Shown here: piece by piece, positions 25,088 through 38,832 of the stretch
Numbering within the stretch: position 1 is the first letter of the stretch
Layout: every line of letters begins with the position of its first letter
Origin: Paramecium tetraurelia
Lineage: Eukaryota
DNA length: 64,000 nucleotides
NCBI GenBank assembly: GCA_000165425.1
Contig: CT868330.1
Location: 124,001-188,000 of the forward strand
Direction of reading: 5' to 3'
Made by a program: the position numbers and the translations under genes
The notes under the pieces: generated by a model
What the model was told of the DNA's origin: nothing
Database searches by the model: none
What the model saw: the letters and a program-made list of their open reading frames with translations, nothing else

Positions 25088-26171
25088 ATGTCTAATTTGA
25101 CTTATGTTATTATGTATTATTTAATGAAATTATTATTTTATATATTCATATCACTATCAGTTGGAGGGTCAACACTTATGTTGACTCATTTGTACTTTTT
25201 CGATAATATGAGAGTATTAGCTTAAAGGATTTTATTTTTTCTCTCAATATCAGATTTTCTTTACTCAATAGGATTATTATTGTACGTAGAGCCTGCTTTT
25301 AGTGACTACAATAAATTTAGGTTTTGTAATGATAAATGATTTAGATGTACTATTTAAGGAGTAATAACTCAATTTGGAACAATAAGTGCTTTTTTGTGGA
25401 GCACATCTATAGCATATTTGTTATACATTTCAATCATTTAAGGATAATAAAGAATTGCAAAATTAGAGAGATATCAGAAGACAATCTTTATATCAGGTAA
25501 GCATAAAAACAAAAGTAGGCTTTGCTATTCCAATATTAATGTCAACTCCGCCATTATTCTTCGATTCCTATGCTCCAACTCCTTAAAAAGTACCAGTTAC
25601 CTGTTCAATCAGTTCAAATGATGAAAATAAGTCATTAGATGAAAATCGCAATCTAAGTTTGTATTTAAATCTAATGTTGTTCTACATACCATTAATTTTT
25701 ACAGTGTTAATTTCGGTATATTTCATAATGAGATCGTATTTTAAAATTAAAAAAATTAAAAGTCAATATGAATTGCTCACTAAACAGATCAACATTCAAT
25801 TAATATTTGCTAAAACGCTAATATTTTATCCATTTGGATTGTGTATTTGCTGGCTGCCTTCATTAATTGTATTTTTGATATTCACTTTCAACAATGAATG
25901 GTTTTAAGAGATTCAAATAAATTATTTTATATCCGGAAGTGGAGTATATTAGTATATTAGGATAGTTCAATACGGTTTAAGTTTTTTGCAGGGGTTCTTT
26001 AACAGTTTAGTTTATTTGGTTAACAGTTAGATAACGAGAAAATAACTGAAAACCTTAGATAAGGTGGAGGTGGATAGGATTAATGCGAAAAATATGATGT
26101 CTAATAACTTTGAAGATAGTATTAGGAGTAGTTAACTTAGTAATGGTTTTGAAAATCTTCAAGATATTTGA
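25088..26171 (+). CDS. 7TM GPCR, cAMP-receptor-like (Dictyostelium cAR / GCR1 / Git3-like)
   Basis: LSISDFLYSIG, CTIQGVITQFGTISAFLWSTSIAY, LFYIPLI, LIFYPFGLCICWLP, LQGFFNSLVY; three tiny introns. Confidence 0.85.
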
Positions 26172-26220
26172 TTTATTTTTAATTTATTTTGTTTTTTTTG
26201 TTTTTATTTCCCATATAATA

Positions 26221-27686
26221 ATGTAAAACAATAAATCTGCAACTGAATACTTGGATTCGATAGGATAATAGCTGGATTTCATTGATTAATATTATATATA
26301 ACAGGCAGATCAAAATGATGCTTAAGTTATATAGAAATTTAAAAAGGTCTACAAATATATTGATGAGGCGTACAAAGTAAGATTACATTTATATAATACA
26401 GTCCAATTTTATGAATGATGATGGTTTATTTTCAGTTTATGGATTTTTCTTATAAACAGTCAAGAAATTCAAAAGAAAATTGGAAAACAGAATCTATTTT
26501 GATAAAACTGATTATGCAGCCACACTCGAGAAATTTGAACGAACTTAAACTAAACTTGTTCCTGTTTACAAAGATCTTATATTGGAGGCTTAGAAGTAGG
26601 AAAGAATAGATTTGGAAACCTTATTAGATTCGAATATGGTTCATCATATTTATACAAAAAAAGAATTAGGTCAGTTTGCTCTATAATTGTTTGATTTCTT
26701 AAATTTGGATTAGATCAAAGTGCCAAAAGAAATTTTAGGTGATTTGATAAATGAAATTGTCATGAATTATAATGTTGTACCTTATCATAATTTTACCCAT
26801 GCCTTCCAATTATCCTAATTGCTATTTTCATGCTATATGAAATCAGACCTGAAGAAATTTTGTACTCAACTTGAAATATTTTCTGCAATTCTTGCTGGTT
26901 TGGGACATGATTTAAACCATAGTAAAAAATCAAATCATTTATATTTTAGAGGGGGTAAACAATATGTATAAGATTAAAAAGTCAAAGAAATTCAACATTC
27001 TAACATCCGAAATTGCTGTTCTAGAAAATATGCATTGCGCTACTTTCTTTAATATCATTTAACTCAACAGAAAACATGATTTCTTTCAATACATGTCAAA
27101 TGATGAGGAAAAAACTCTAGCAAAGAGATTGATTATTACATCAATTTTGGCAACCGATATGGTATTCATTTTTGTATATTCTAAAATAGAGTAAACATGC
27201 AAAACTTTTAGCTAAACTTTAAAAAAGAGTAGAATGCACTAAATAATATGATCAAGGAGAAAAAAATGATTTAATAGAGATGCAGCGATTCTCAAATGAA
27301 AGACTTGAAGATAGAATCTTTATTCTTAATATCATGGTTCATGCTTGTGATATATCAAATCCAACGATGAAATTCAATAATTATATGAATTGGTCCTATT
27401 TATTAACCTAAGAATTTAATGATTAAGTATAATTACTATAATAATTACCTAGACAATCAAAGAAGCTAAAATTGGAGTAGATGTGACTGGATTTCTAATC
27501 TATAAAGACAAACCCACTTATTATGGAGGATAGATGTTTTTTTCAAGTAATTTGATATACATAAAATTAGAATCTCTGGTTCTCCCCTTATGGGTTTAGA
27601 TTGGTGAATTGTACCCAGAGCTTAAATATTTATCCGAAGAAATCAACAAGAATTTAGAAATATTACAATAAAAATTAAAACAATGA
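26221..27686 (+). CDS. Class I 3',5'-cyclic nucleotide phosphodiesterase
   Basis: PYHNFTHA, GHDLNH, VLENMH, ILATDM, VHACDISNP, EFNDQ, with the invariant Gln in GQMFF encoded by TAG. Confidence 0.93.
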
Positions 27687-28046
27687 TGATATGCATATAA
27701 TTATTCTAACTTCATTGTTTGTATATTTTAATATCATATAATTGTATTTAACTCTCATGAGATAACATTCTTACTTGGAATATAGAAAAAATTACAAATA
27801 AAAAGTTATGGAAGTTTTGTGATTAAAATATTTTACTTATCCCTAAATATTATAATTATCGATTAATTCAGACTTTTATCATTTGATTGTGTCTTAAAAT
27901 TCTAAATTAATGTTAAAATTATGAATTTAGTGTTTAATGATTATTATAAAATTTTAACACATAATATGAATTTTAATTAATTTCTAATTAAAATCAAATT
28001 TAATGTTTTTTTTGTTTTGAATAAAGAATAAAAAATAAAATTAGAT

Positions 28047-28679
28047 TCAAATTCTTAGAAGAGTTTTCTTAATGATCTTTTTATGCTTTAAATGGCTAGA
28101 CTTTTCTTAGATTTTAGAATTATAGATATATTGGATAGATTCTTTTTTAAGGAAATTCATTCTAAAATTTAGATTATATTCTTACCCTAGAATGCGAAAT
28201 GTTTTTTAGAAGTCTAAATTGCTTGTATGTTTAACAAAATGAGTCAAATTGCTTAGTTTATTTTTTAGAGATTAGAGTAGTTCAAGAAATTCCTATCCTT
28301 TTTGTTCTCCTAAAATTCTAAAAATAAGAAATTGTTGTCTAATTGCATAAGCAACAATGGCTTTTGAAAAGTTTTTATGTAAATTAGTAGTATCAAGAAC
28401 TTTAAAGGTTTTTTTAGATTTTGATTATTCCTTTTTTTCATTTGTGATGAAACTAGGCTTTTCATTTTCCACAAATGAATCAAAGCTCTTTTCCTCATTA
28501 ACTTCAAAAGTTGGATTGCTTTAAGGGTTGTAATTTAACTAATCGGTTTATGATGAAAGTTTTTCCTATTCGGCAGATTATATCTGAGGTGAAGGTTAAA
28601 TTGGGCAATAATAGATTGGATAGCACATTTAGGTCTAATAGAATGGAAAGTAGATGTAAGGTTATTAAGAATAGAACAT
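28047..28679 (-). CDS. Ciliate-type hypothetical protein, paralog A (Y/P/Q-rich N-terminus, conserved basic C-terminal domain)
   Basis: MFYSQQPYIYFPFY...TTNLHKNFSKAIVAY...FRILG(intron)MNFLKKESIQYIYNSKIQEKSSHLKHKKIIKKTLLRI-TGA. Confidence 0.8.
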
Positions 28680-28873
28680 ATTAAGGTAAATAATAAAAAT
28701 AGTATATAGTTTAATTATTTAAAGTATTTTTATAATGCATTTTGCGTTTATTTTGATAATAAATAACATTATTTCTTACTATTATTTTTGTGATATTTTT
28801 ATAATTCAAATTAAGTTAAAAACAAATATTTGTTAATAATAATTATTTATATCATTGAAAAAGCTTAAGGTAA

Positions 28874-29534
28874 TCAGATTTTAAATAGGTTTTTTTTAAT
28901 AATATGTTTGCCCTTCAAATGGCTTGTCTTCTATTAGATTTTTGAGTTGTAAATGTAACTGATGCAATCTTTTCTCAAAAACTTATTACTAAATACTATT
29001 TTTATATATTTACCATAAAATTCTAAAAAGTTGAATGAAATCTTCGTCTCGTGTATACTTGCTTATATGAGATAAGTTTCTGATATTATTTTGCATCTTT
29101 TTTACTAACCGATAGAACTTCGAGGCTTTTTTATCCCCTAATTGAGAAATAACAGTTGCATTTTATTATTTAATGTATAGGATGACAGCTTTCGCGTAAT
29201 TTTTCTAAATATTTGTTGATCCATTCAACTAATTAACAGCATAACTTTTTTCTTGATTCTCATTCAAGCCTTTTGCACTGTAATCTTCATCATTTCCATC
29301 TGAGTGTTCATCTGCCAAATCTAAATCTTAATTCTCATAGTTCTCAGGAGGTTTTGTTTCTTCTAAATGTTGTTTTGTAACCATTTTAATGTTATTCTTA
29401 TTTGATTCATCAATTTCATTGGTCTAAACTTAGGGTTGAACTAAAATTTATTAAGGATAGATGATATATGGTGTGTAAGCTTGCAGTGGATAATAGCAAA
29501 ACACCTATGGATAGGGAAAAGAGTAATTATACAT
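28874..29534 (-). CDS. Ciliate-type hypothetical protein, paralog B
   Basis: MYNYSFPYPQVFCYYP...STNIQKNYAKAVILY...FRILG(intron)NKFLRKDCISYIYNSKIQQKTSHLKGKHIIKKNLFKI-TGA. Confidence 0.8.
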
Positions 29535-30224
29535 TGAGTATGTTTGGTTTTGTAAAATTAATTAATGAATTTATTTGCGTTTCTTTGCCTTAAAAATCAC
29601 AATTATTTTAACTGATCAAAATCTAGCTATCAAAAAAGGCATCTGAATTCTTATTATAATCTCATACGAATTATCTTCAACATTAAAATATTGATCGTAC
29701 TTAGATGATAATAAAATTTCTATTTTTTAATCTATAAAGAGAGATAGACATTTTAATATCCATTATTCATATCCTTAATTTCAATAGAATCTATTCCACT
29801 TTTAAAATTTGCTGTGATGTAACTGAATGTAAAAAACATTTTCAGTTGCATCAAATCCTTATTATTTTATTTATCTTTTTGTTGTTGAAAATTTTGATGA
29901 TTCAAAAAAGAAATGTGTACTTTTTGAAAAGACATAGAATTAGATGAGAAAATATATAAAAAAACAAAAGATGATAAATACAAAAATGTAATTTTTTTTC
30001 AAATATAATTAAGCTAAGTAAAATGCATAATTATTTATTGTATAAAAAGTAGAACCTTACCTCATTTCTTAAAAAGCCCGCTCAAATTAATTGTTATTTA
30101 GTGCTCTTTTATGTTAATCAATGCATTTACGTTCTCTCTAAATGTCATAACTTAACAAATATATATTAATTATAATGAATATAAATAATTTATAATGAAT
30201 ATAAATTCGAATAATTATCTTAAA

Positions 30225-31424
30225 TCAATATACTTCTTTTAACGCCTTAAATTCATCAACTAATTTATTGAATGAAGTAACATTCAAATTTTTCTATTCA
30301 AGTTTCATCTATTTTTATTCCTTTTTTGACTTACAAAATAATTGTCTTATTTTAGTTAAAAGTTCTTCAAATTCAAGTTAATCTCTCACTTAGACTCTCT
30401 TTTTTAAAGTTTCCCAGGCATTTTTTTTTTCATTCTTTGTTAGATTGAAATTCTTTAAGACCAGATTAAAATCGATATCTTATTCCTCTTATGGATCTTA
30501 AAGAATAATATCATTAAATAATTATTCATCATCGATTTTGAGTTTGACTTGTAATTGCCACTAATTTAAAGATTGCATCCAAAAGTTTCTAAGATCATCA
30601 TGACTTTTGGTTGGAATTTTGGTAGCTATTGAGGTCCAAGGAATATCTTTATGAGAAGTAGAATACAGTTTTTTCAAATCAATGATCTTTAGTAATTATT
30701 AAGTCTAAGTGTCCTCTTATTAAATTTCATAATAAGTTCTTTTACGAAACTTCTTTTTCTCTTATTTTATAAATAATAATGAATACATGATTGAGTAGTT
30801 AGAATTACATCTTGCCAGTCTTCACCAAATGATTATGTTAATGTGTCTAACCAGTCCTCCTTAATAAAATTTGCATTATTCTATAACTTAAAAATAATTG
30901 TTTACTTTCTTTGAAATCAATCTCAATAAATGAACTGCCTCTCCTAAAGTCCAGACTAGTTCTCTAAGTTCATGATTATGATCTCCCAATTGCCTATATT
31001 TATCCCTAATATTTTGAGGTGTTCTGTTGAGAATTTTGCTTATTTAAGTGTAGTTCCGACCAAATTAATTAACTAATTGAAGTAGATGCTACTCATCCTC
31101 CTTAGTCCAATGTCCTTAGTAATTGTCTGGGTTGAATCTTGCTTTAATGAATTTATAGACACTGTCCACGGATCTCTCTGGAAGTACTTTAGCTATTTGT
31201 AACCAAGCTTTTGGCATAGTTGTTTTTTGAGAATTGCTAAATAAATTAGCAAATTATTCTTCTGATAAGTTTTAAGATAATGCATAAGAAATCAAACTTT
31301 CTTTTACTTTTTCGATTTCATCTTCTGTAAATTTGCCTTGTTTCATGGGTGCTTTCTTTTCATTCTTCTTCTTCCAACTACTTTACAAATCGTTGACAGG
31401 GAATAAATCATTAAAATCGTCCAT
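30225..31424 (-). CDS. Myb-repeat DNA-binding protein (Reb1/TTF1/DMTF1-like)
   Basis: KQGKFTEDE...AWLQIAKVLPERSVDSVY...GHWTKEDEQHLLQLVNQFGRNYTQISKILNRTPQNIRDKYR...WTLGE...IPWTSIA. Confidence 0.88.
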
Positions 31425-31616
31425 TAATTAATTATTTATACTATAATATATTGTAATTCATAGCTAATTAGTATTTGTTTAGGTTTTATAATGTATTTTT
31501 ATCGTTTGTATTAATAATAGGAATAATGACTATTTAGTATTAAATTAGTATTCTTCATCAGATGAGTTCCATCTAATATTATTAATTTAATAATTTTTAA
31601 TTATTTTAAGAATAAA

Positions 31617-32001
31617 ATGTCCGATTCTGATGAATCGATAGACTCGGTAGAATTGGAGCATTAGATGTTAATTGATTAATATAAGGATTTGCTTAAGGAA
31701 TTGAATGAATTACAATAGCAGAATTAGATAAAACCAAAGAAGCAGGAAATCTCAATTGAGAATTTTGAAATGCAATGGAAGCAGTTATTGGAAACCAAAA
31801 AGTCATTAGAGGATAAAATAGGCCAAATACATTGCTAATCTCAAGTTAAATAAGAGTAATATGTTTATGATAAATAGAGAATTAGAGGATTACTAGGATA
31901 AATTGTTAATCGTGAAAGAGTAAATATCTAAGCAGAATAAAGAATTATAGGAGAAGGAATAATTAGTGAAGTTGTTGTAAAAACAACTAAAAGATATGTG
32001 A
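31617..32001 (+). CDS. Small coiled-coil hypothetical protein
   Basis: MSDSDESIDSVELEHQ...; inferred intron 31920-31950 gives ...EKEQLVKLLQKQLKDM-TGA. Confidence 0.6.
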
Positions 32002-32019
32002 TTATACATATTAATTAAA

Positions 32020-33490
32020 TCATCTAATTTCACACATTGTAAGAAGTGAAGACATATTATTGGAAATTTAAGATGGGAAAATTTTCCAGAATTTTAATGT
32101 TTCATCTCCAGACCCTGTCAATATAGTAGATTCGTCTATAAATATGAAATATAAAAATACCAGGACTTGCCGATAAATATAACACTCTTTCAGAATGTCC
32201 TTCTAGCTAATGGATTTTTTTCATTGTTGGATATTGCCATAAACATATTTAGTTTTTTTCGTAACCATGTGTTGAAACCAATTCATTGATAATTTTAGAG
32301 AATCTTAATTTGCAAACCTGAGAATCACAATTAACACTATTGATTTCCGTATTGGTTAACGAACTATGAATTTTAATAGTTTTATCTTGATTTCCCCCTC
32401 CTGTTGCTAGAATTCCACTTGAATTAGGGTTCCAAGCCAAAGCCCTGATGGCTGCCTTATGCGATTTAATTTCCCATGAGACATATTGACTATCCGCATA
32501 TGTATTCCCTCCCCTTAACTACCAAATGAAAACCCTATTATCATTGCCTCCTGAAGCCAGTTATAGTTCATTTCCATCAAAAGTGACCCCACAAACCTCT
32601 TAGGTATGTCCATGTAATTAAAACACCGAGTATGTGGGTACTCTGATGTCACATATATGGATAGTTTTATCTTTGCTACCATAGGCAAATATATTAGAGT
32701 TGGCCCAACTTATAGTACTGATTCTTTTCGAAGACATATTCATGGTTCCTGTATAGGCATTTTTATTGTAATCCCACAGTTTTAATTGCCCATCATAGCT
32801 TCCCATGGCTAGGATCTGCCCATTTGCATTCCATTACAAGGAAGTGTATTGTATTTGATTAACTTAATTGTTGAATCGTTGTGTTAGTTAAAAAACTTTA
32901 GAAGTGTCTACACTGTATAAATAGACACTCCTCTATAATCCTATGGCAATGAGGTTGTTCTTGCCCCAATGCAAGATGTCTTAATAGAAATCATCATCCA
33001 AGCCTGGGGCATCAAGTACTTTGATTGGCAAGGTATCAATTTTTCTTTTTGGATTTTCTAACTATTTATTAGTCTATAATTTCTCAGGTTTTTGTTTGTT
33101 AAAATTCAAAATGCTTGAATGTTTGTTCTCATCTATTTCTAATACATTTTCACTCAAGAGTTCCTCGTAGGCATTCTCTTCTTCAATCTCAAAGGGTTGT
33201 ATTTGTTTATTGAATAGATTTCTAGAGACGTTAAGTGGAATATAGCGATCGCCATAGGGAGATGCCTATTAGGAATGATCAGGAGTAGTTTGTTTCTGAT
33301 TGCTCTTTAATAAGGACTTTGGAGTTTTCCAAGGGTTGACATTTTTTGGAGAATAAAAATCATTATTATTAGGAGATTGTATTGTGGTTGATTGATTGGT
33401 TTTATTTTGCTTCTTTTCTTTGGTAGGGGTGCTTAATTGATAATTGTTTGGGGATATATTTGCGTCTTAAGAATATGATTCTTACTACAT
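32020..33490 (-). CDS. Fizzy/CDC20/Cdh1-family APC/C activator (WD40)
   Basis: C-box DRYIP; KVLDAPGLDDDFY; GHTQEVCG; LASGGNDN; ATGGGNQD; ELVSTHGY; GDETLKFW; C-terminal IR tail. Confidence 0.95.
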
Positions 33491-33558
33491 TTGAATTTAA
33501 AAATAAAATAACTATAATTTGTCAACCTAAAATTGAGCTATAAAAACAAAAAAAATTA

Positions 33559-36500
33559 TCATAATGAATCAATTTATTTCTTTAAATCTTCAATCACTGT
33601 CTAATCATAAACATCGTCATCAATAAATTAACTATACTCATTCTAAAATCATAAATATCAAATATATACTTTGAAAGCATTTCTAAACTATGTTAGTAAT
33701 TCATTAAACTAAGTTTTATCATGCTTATTTTTTTTAATAGTATTAAATAGAATTAAAATCTGCTAAATCAATTGCAATTTATATAAATGCAACTAGTCAA
33801 TCTGCAACCTTTCGTACGCAGGATTATCCTATACCATCACACTATTGATTAAATTATTCACATATATGGATGCGAGTTCCATTTCACTTATCTTATGATT
33901 TAACAGCACTTCAAAAAAGAACCAAGTGGAAAGTTAAGTAATTTTACGTTCTTAGCATTCCTTGCTATTCACCAACTCAAAGGTCTCTGTGATTTTTTAG
34001 ATTCGAATGTATTTGTCTTTGTTTGTTAGATTCTCCAATACTAATTTCACCTACATTTTGAATAATTCAGAAGGCCATTATCTAGCATCTTAATATGAAT
34101 AGACAATAAAATTAGTCCAAACTTAATCAATAAAAAATTCATTGTATAACTATTTCTATTGTTTTTATTCCAGATAATCCATACATAAGATCTAGCCAAA
34201 ACAAATATTATTATCCTCAAAAAATTGCATGATAATATTGCAGTCTAAGATCTCAATTAATATTTTTCTTTTCTAGCTCAAATAATCTAAAAAGTCTTAT
34301 CATTATATATATACCTTCATTATCATTGGTTGCTATATAATCATACATAATATCTTAAAGAAATAGTAATTTGCTTAAGTCCTATGCTTATTTCTCAAAT
34401 TGCAGAATGTCATTTGGTACATCGTTTTTCTAACTAGATTTTATGAATTCTTATGCCTTTGATATATATCTCAAGCGTTTTCTTAATGGCAAGATTGCCT
34501 AAATATCCTCCAAAGTCATTTCTGAATTCTAAACTAGAGAAAATTGTGCCAATTTGAGTAATAATTGTATTAATTAATGGACTGCTTCATCGTCTCCCTT
34601 TACTGATTTTACTAGTAATTGCTTCTTTTGGATTTACAATTTTTCAAGTTCATTACATTACAATTCTAAATCTTAATTATAATCGATGTAGGCTATGAAT
34701 TCTTTTAGTTTTTATTTAATTAAACTGTTTATAACCACTTCAGTTGCAGTAATTAATTGATATTAGTTCAATATTTATAGAGAATCTTTTAATATATCAT
34801 AGACCTAGGTTTTAGTTAAACCTTTAGGTGGATCTAAATAATATTGTATGAGATTGTTGTATTATTGAATGAGATCCAAAAAGCAAATTCTATGTTCATC
34901 ATTGAATTGATCTTTTTCATATTGCTGACACTTTGAAGCCAAAAATTGTATGTAATACTTAAAGGTGCCAAAGGGAAACATGTAATTCAAAAAGCTCTAA
35001 GATAGATAAGAATGAGAAATAGCAAATATGACTTCTTCGATCGATTTCAATGCTTCTTTTAGTTGTTCCTACAATTCAGCTTACAATTCTTTATAATAGA
35101 TAAAAATTTCTCTTTTCTCAAGAACTTTTTCAAAAGTGATTTAAGGGGCCTTTGAAAGTTTTAGTATTCGTTTTATTTTTTCATGAATCTATTCATTGGG
35201 GTTTAATTTGATTATGTCTAAAGATTAAATAAAATCTGATACTCTTTTGGGCAGCAAATTACAGAATTTCATCAAATAAGTTCTGAGCTAGACTAATTTT
35301 GAAGTCTTGAATAGTGAAATACTCTGAGAAGTTAACATGCATGTATTGTGCCATGTCTCTGAATTTAGACTTATCACTTTTAATGATATGGATCATTAAT
35401 TATTTCAATGTCAGCAGACTTGAAGGGTCTGCATTGAGTATAGTTTTGACTGATAAATCAAATAACTATTATTTATTGGAATAACTATTAATGATGTTTC
35501 TGATTCCGTTGAGGTCTCCAAAAAAGTAGATGAAAAATTGCAATAATTGTTTGATTTGTAGACAGAAATCAAAGAGTCCTTTCATTTAGGTCTAATTAAA
35601 ATAATGAATGAAAATACATGTTCTATATCAACATTGACACTTTGAACAAGAGATTGATCAGAATAGTTGGTACTTCTTGACATATCTAATTTTGAACTCA
35701 AATCAAAGGATTCATAAATATGTTTATTGAATCCTTTTTTGTAATTGATCTATGCAATTTATTCATCCTAAGATGGTTCAACTATTTGATGTTTTCTCTT
35801 CTGGAAATAATTCGGCTCATTCTCAAATAGTTTCAATAATTTCTCTATTTATTTATAAGCCATTTAGAGTTATTGTATTGAATAACTTTCTATTGGTTGA
35901 TTGCATTCCAAATTATATACCTTCTCGTCAATGAACTTCTTAGTGGTCAATGGTGCCAAGATTTTCCAAATCAATTAAGTAGTACTAAACACCTTTTTAG
36001 ACTTCTAATTTCTATCTTCACTTAATAGTGATCTCTTGATTAATGAGAAGTAAGCTTTCATTGCCTTATCCTTAATTATAGATCCTTTGCTGACATAGAC
36101 TTAGCCTGTAACCCAAAGAGGTATTTTTTCATTGTCATCAAAAAACTTATCAATGTTTTCTGAGAAATGTATTCTTTAATATGCTTTTTATAGATCAAGT
36201 TAATATTGATGTTATAGTTCTACATTAATGTAAAATGTAGAATCTTCTTAGATTATTATTTACAAAATTTAGGCACAACTTTCTTCAATTCCAAATGCTC
36301 TTATCAATTTTTCTAATGGGAAATCTTCATAAACTTGATTAATGAAATCATAATGAGTAACTTTAATGGCAGTGAAAAAGAAATCGATCGGTCTCATTCT
36401 TACAATAAATTCTATTGTATGGTCAGCAATACATACGTAATGTTCTGGTAGATTGTACAATTATGATTCATTGATGTCTGAGTGATTGAATACTTGTTTA

Positions 36501-38039
36501 ATTGAGTACCTTCCAAGATTGTATAGATTTTCTGGGAATTCCTCATTCAAATTGACTTAATGCAATTCTATATTTTCAACTGCTTCTTTTGAAGAATCTC
36601 TATACAGGGAATATTGTAATTGATTGTAAGAATTGTATTTAGTCAATTGTTACTCTAAGTTCTTGATGTATTATATATGAGCCAAATCAATAAATTAAGC
36701 AATAATGTAGTTGTCCAAATGATACAAAGCCACATGGTCATCTCTAAAGACTGATTTGAGCTAATGTTTTTGTTGAATGCTCAACATTTCCTTTTGCTTG
36801 TATTAGGCCCTACTTTCATCTAGACAAACACCATATGGTATTTCTTGATCAAATTTCATGTATGGATATTTGATTTGGTGGATGGAATACTCAGATTTCA
36901 GTTTGATAGAATCTTGGGATTTATTTGAATTAACAATTCGGGATTGATACAAGCTGGCATCATTAAGAGTTCTATCTTATACTTCGAATGTGAAATAGAT
37001 TTGGAGTTGATCCTTGGTTGTGATTATCATCAGTATGTTATTTGTATGCCATTGCTTTTCAAAATGAACATGCTAGAATTAAAGATTGCCTAAGTCAAAG
37101 GTGTTCTTCAATTCAGTATTGTAATTGTAGACATTGGATTATTTGATGCGTACTATCTCTGTAAATTATTGGTCCTTTAAACCAATATCATAGATGGCTA
37201 CATATGTGTCACATACTTTGTCTTCTTGATCATATTGTTCGAATAAACCATAACAGATGTTGAATTCTTCTTGCACTTTCAATTGTATTAATCCTTGAGT
37301 TGAAGCCCATGGAGTAAAATCTTTGAATATTCTATTAAATTATTTTTTAATTCTTTCTTTCAATTAAGAAGTGTAATTCTGAGCAGTGTCAATAGACTTA
37401 CATGTTAGATATCCCAAGCTGCCTCCATAAATGAGGTTCTCTTGGTAAAATATGATCTGGTTTACAATTTCTCCATTAATATTGAACCCTTTTTTTAGCA
37501 TTTGAAAGTTATCCAGATCACCATTAAAAGTGTATAAAAAGATGTAAAACTCAGAAGCAATAGCCATGGTCCATTATTCATCTTGATATTAAAAGGCTAC
37601 CGCCGAAATATATTCTGTATGATTGATTTATTGTTCTTTCATTCTAATTGGGAATTTGTACTTCTTGTCATCCTAAATAATGATAAATGTCAATACTGTG
37701 TTGTAATAATAGTTGAGATCAGCCTGAGTGGGTGAATAAAAATAAAATCGCAAATATCTTTAGTTAAAAACAAAGTACAAAAAGCTTTCCTAAATACCGC
37801 TCAGAGTGATAGAATTATCAAGTTGGATCTCCTCGTGATGGAAATTAATGAAATGCCCCTTGTATAAAGGTATAGCTAAATTTTGTAATTAAATTTAAAC
37901 CTAGATTGTTTTGAAGAATGGGAGTTTGCTAATTTCCAAAGAGTGTGTTTATTGGATTAAAAGACTTGGAGGACTTGGTATACTTAAAATCTTTGTAAAC
38001 AGGTTACTGCGCAATAATCTTGGGTTTAGCTTGTAACAT
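33559..38039 (-). CDS. Large protein, probably Nup155/Nup170-like nucleoporin
   Basis: About 1450 aa. N-terminal propeller-like region (EYISAVAF...LIYGGSLGYL...LIQLKVQEEFNICYGL) followed by a long helical region. Family call rests on remote resemblance only. Confidence 0.5.
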
Positions 38040-38832
38040 AGTTATTTTATTTAATTATATTCAACAATACTCAGATTTACATGGCGCCTTTTCACAATCC
38101 TAAATGCCTATCCCCAGATATTACAACCTTATACATTCATCAACTGAATCCTCATTAAAATAACTAACTTCATTCATAATTTCTCACTTTGAATTCTACT
38201 TCGTTTGGTTTCTGAAACACACCACTCTCCTTCACTCAATTCTCTCTATTCAATCAAATTACATCTCAAGTTATCAATCTTATTGTGTATTCTCATCTCT
38301 ATGATACTCCACTTTTTGTGAGAAAAAGGTAATCATACAAAATATGATATCTAATGGATAAAATTTTAAATGAATCCATAGAATTTAACTATCAAAAGTT
38401 GAAATTTAGTAATATTGAATAGACAAAGTCCTATATAGGATACTATTTCTAAGCAGAAGATTCCTTATTATAATTGTGATTTGTTAAGTCTTGAAATAGC
38501 TGCTATTCAAATTGAAATTTTCATTAAAAGAATTCCATGATTCTAAGCTATAGTCAATATTACAGAGTAGCATAATATCCTGAATTAATGCAAGTGAAAT
38601 TGTTAAATTCAGGATAATTTCACATCTTAAAGGATACTAAACAGCTTAATTATGGATACATCAAAGAGTATATAATTCTTGTTTACCCCTCTTCTCATAT
38701 GTATAAGTTATCCAGCACATCTTTACCTTGTTTGATCATAAACAATTTCGTATTCATTCAATTTCAATTAGAAATGAGATATTTGTTTTACATTAGAGAG
38801 TTGAGTATTCAGTGTTATTATTAATATTAAAA

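Noticed and set aside
30165..30206. About 20-nt direct duplication (TTATAATGAATATAAAT x2)
   Set aside because: Low-complexity AT slippage with no evidence of function.
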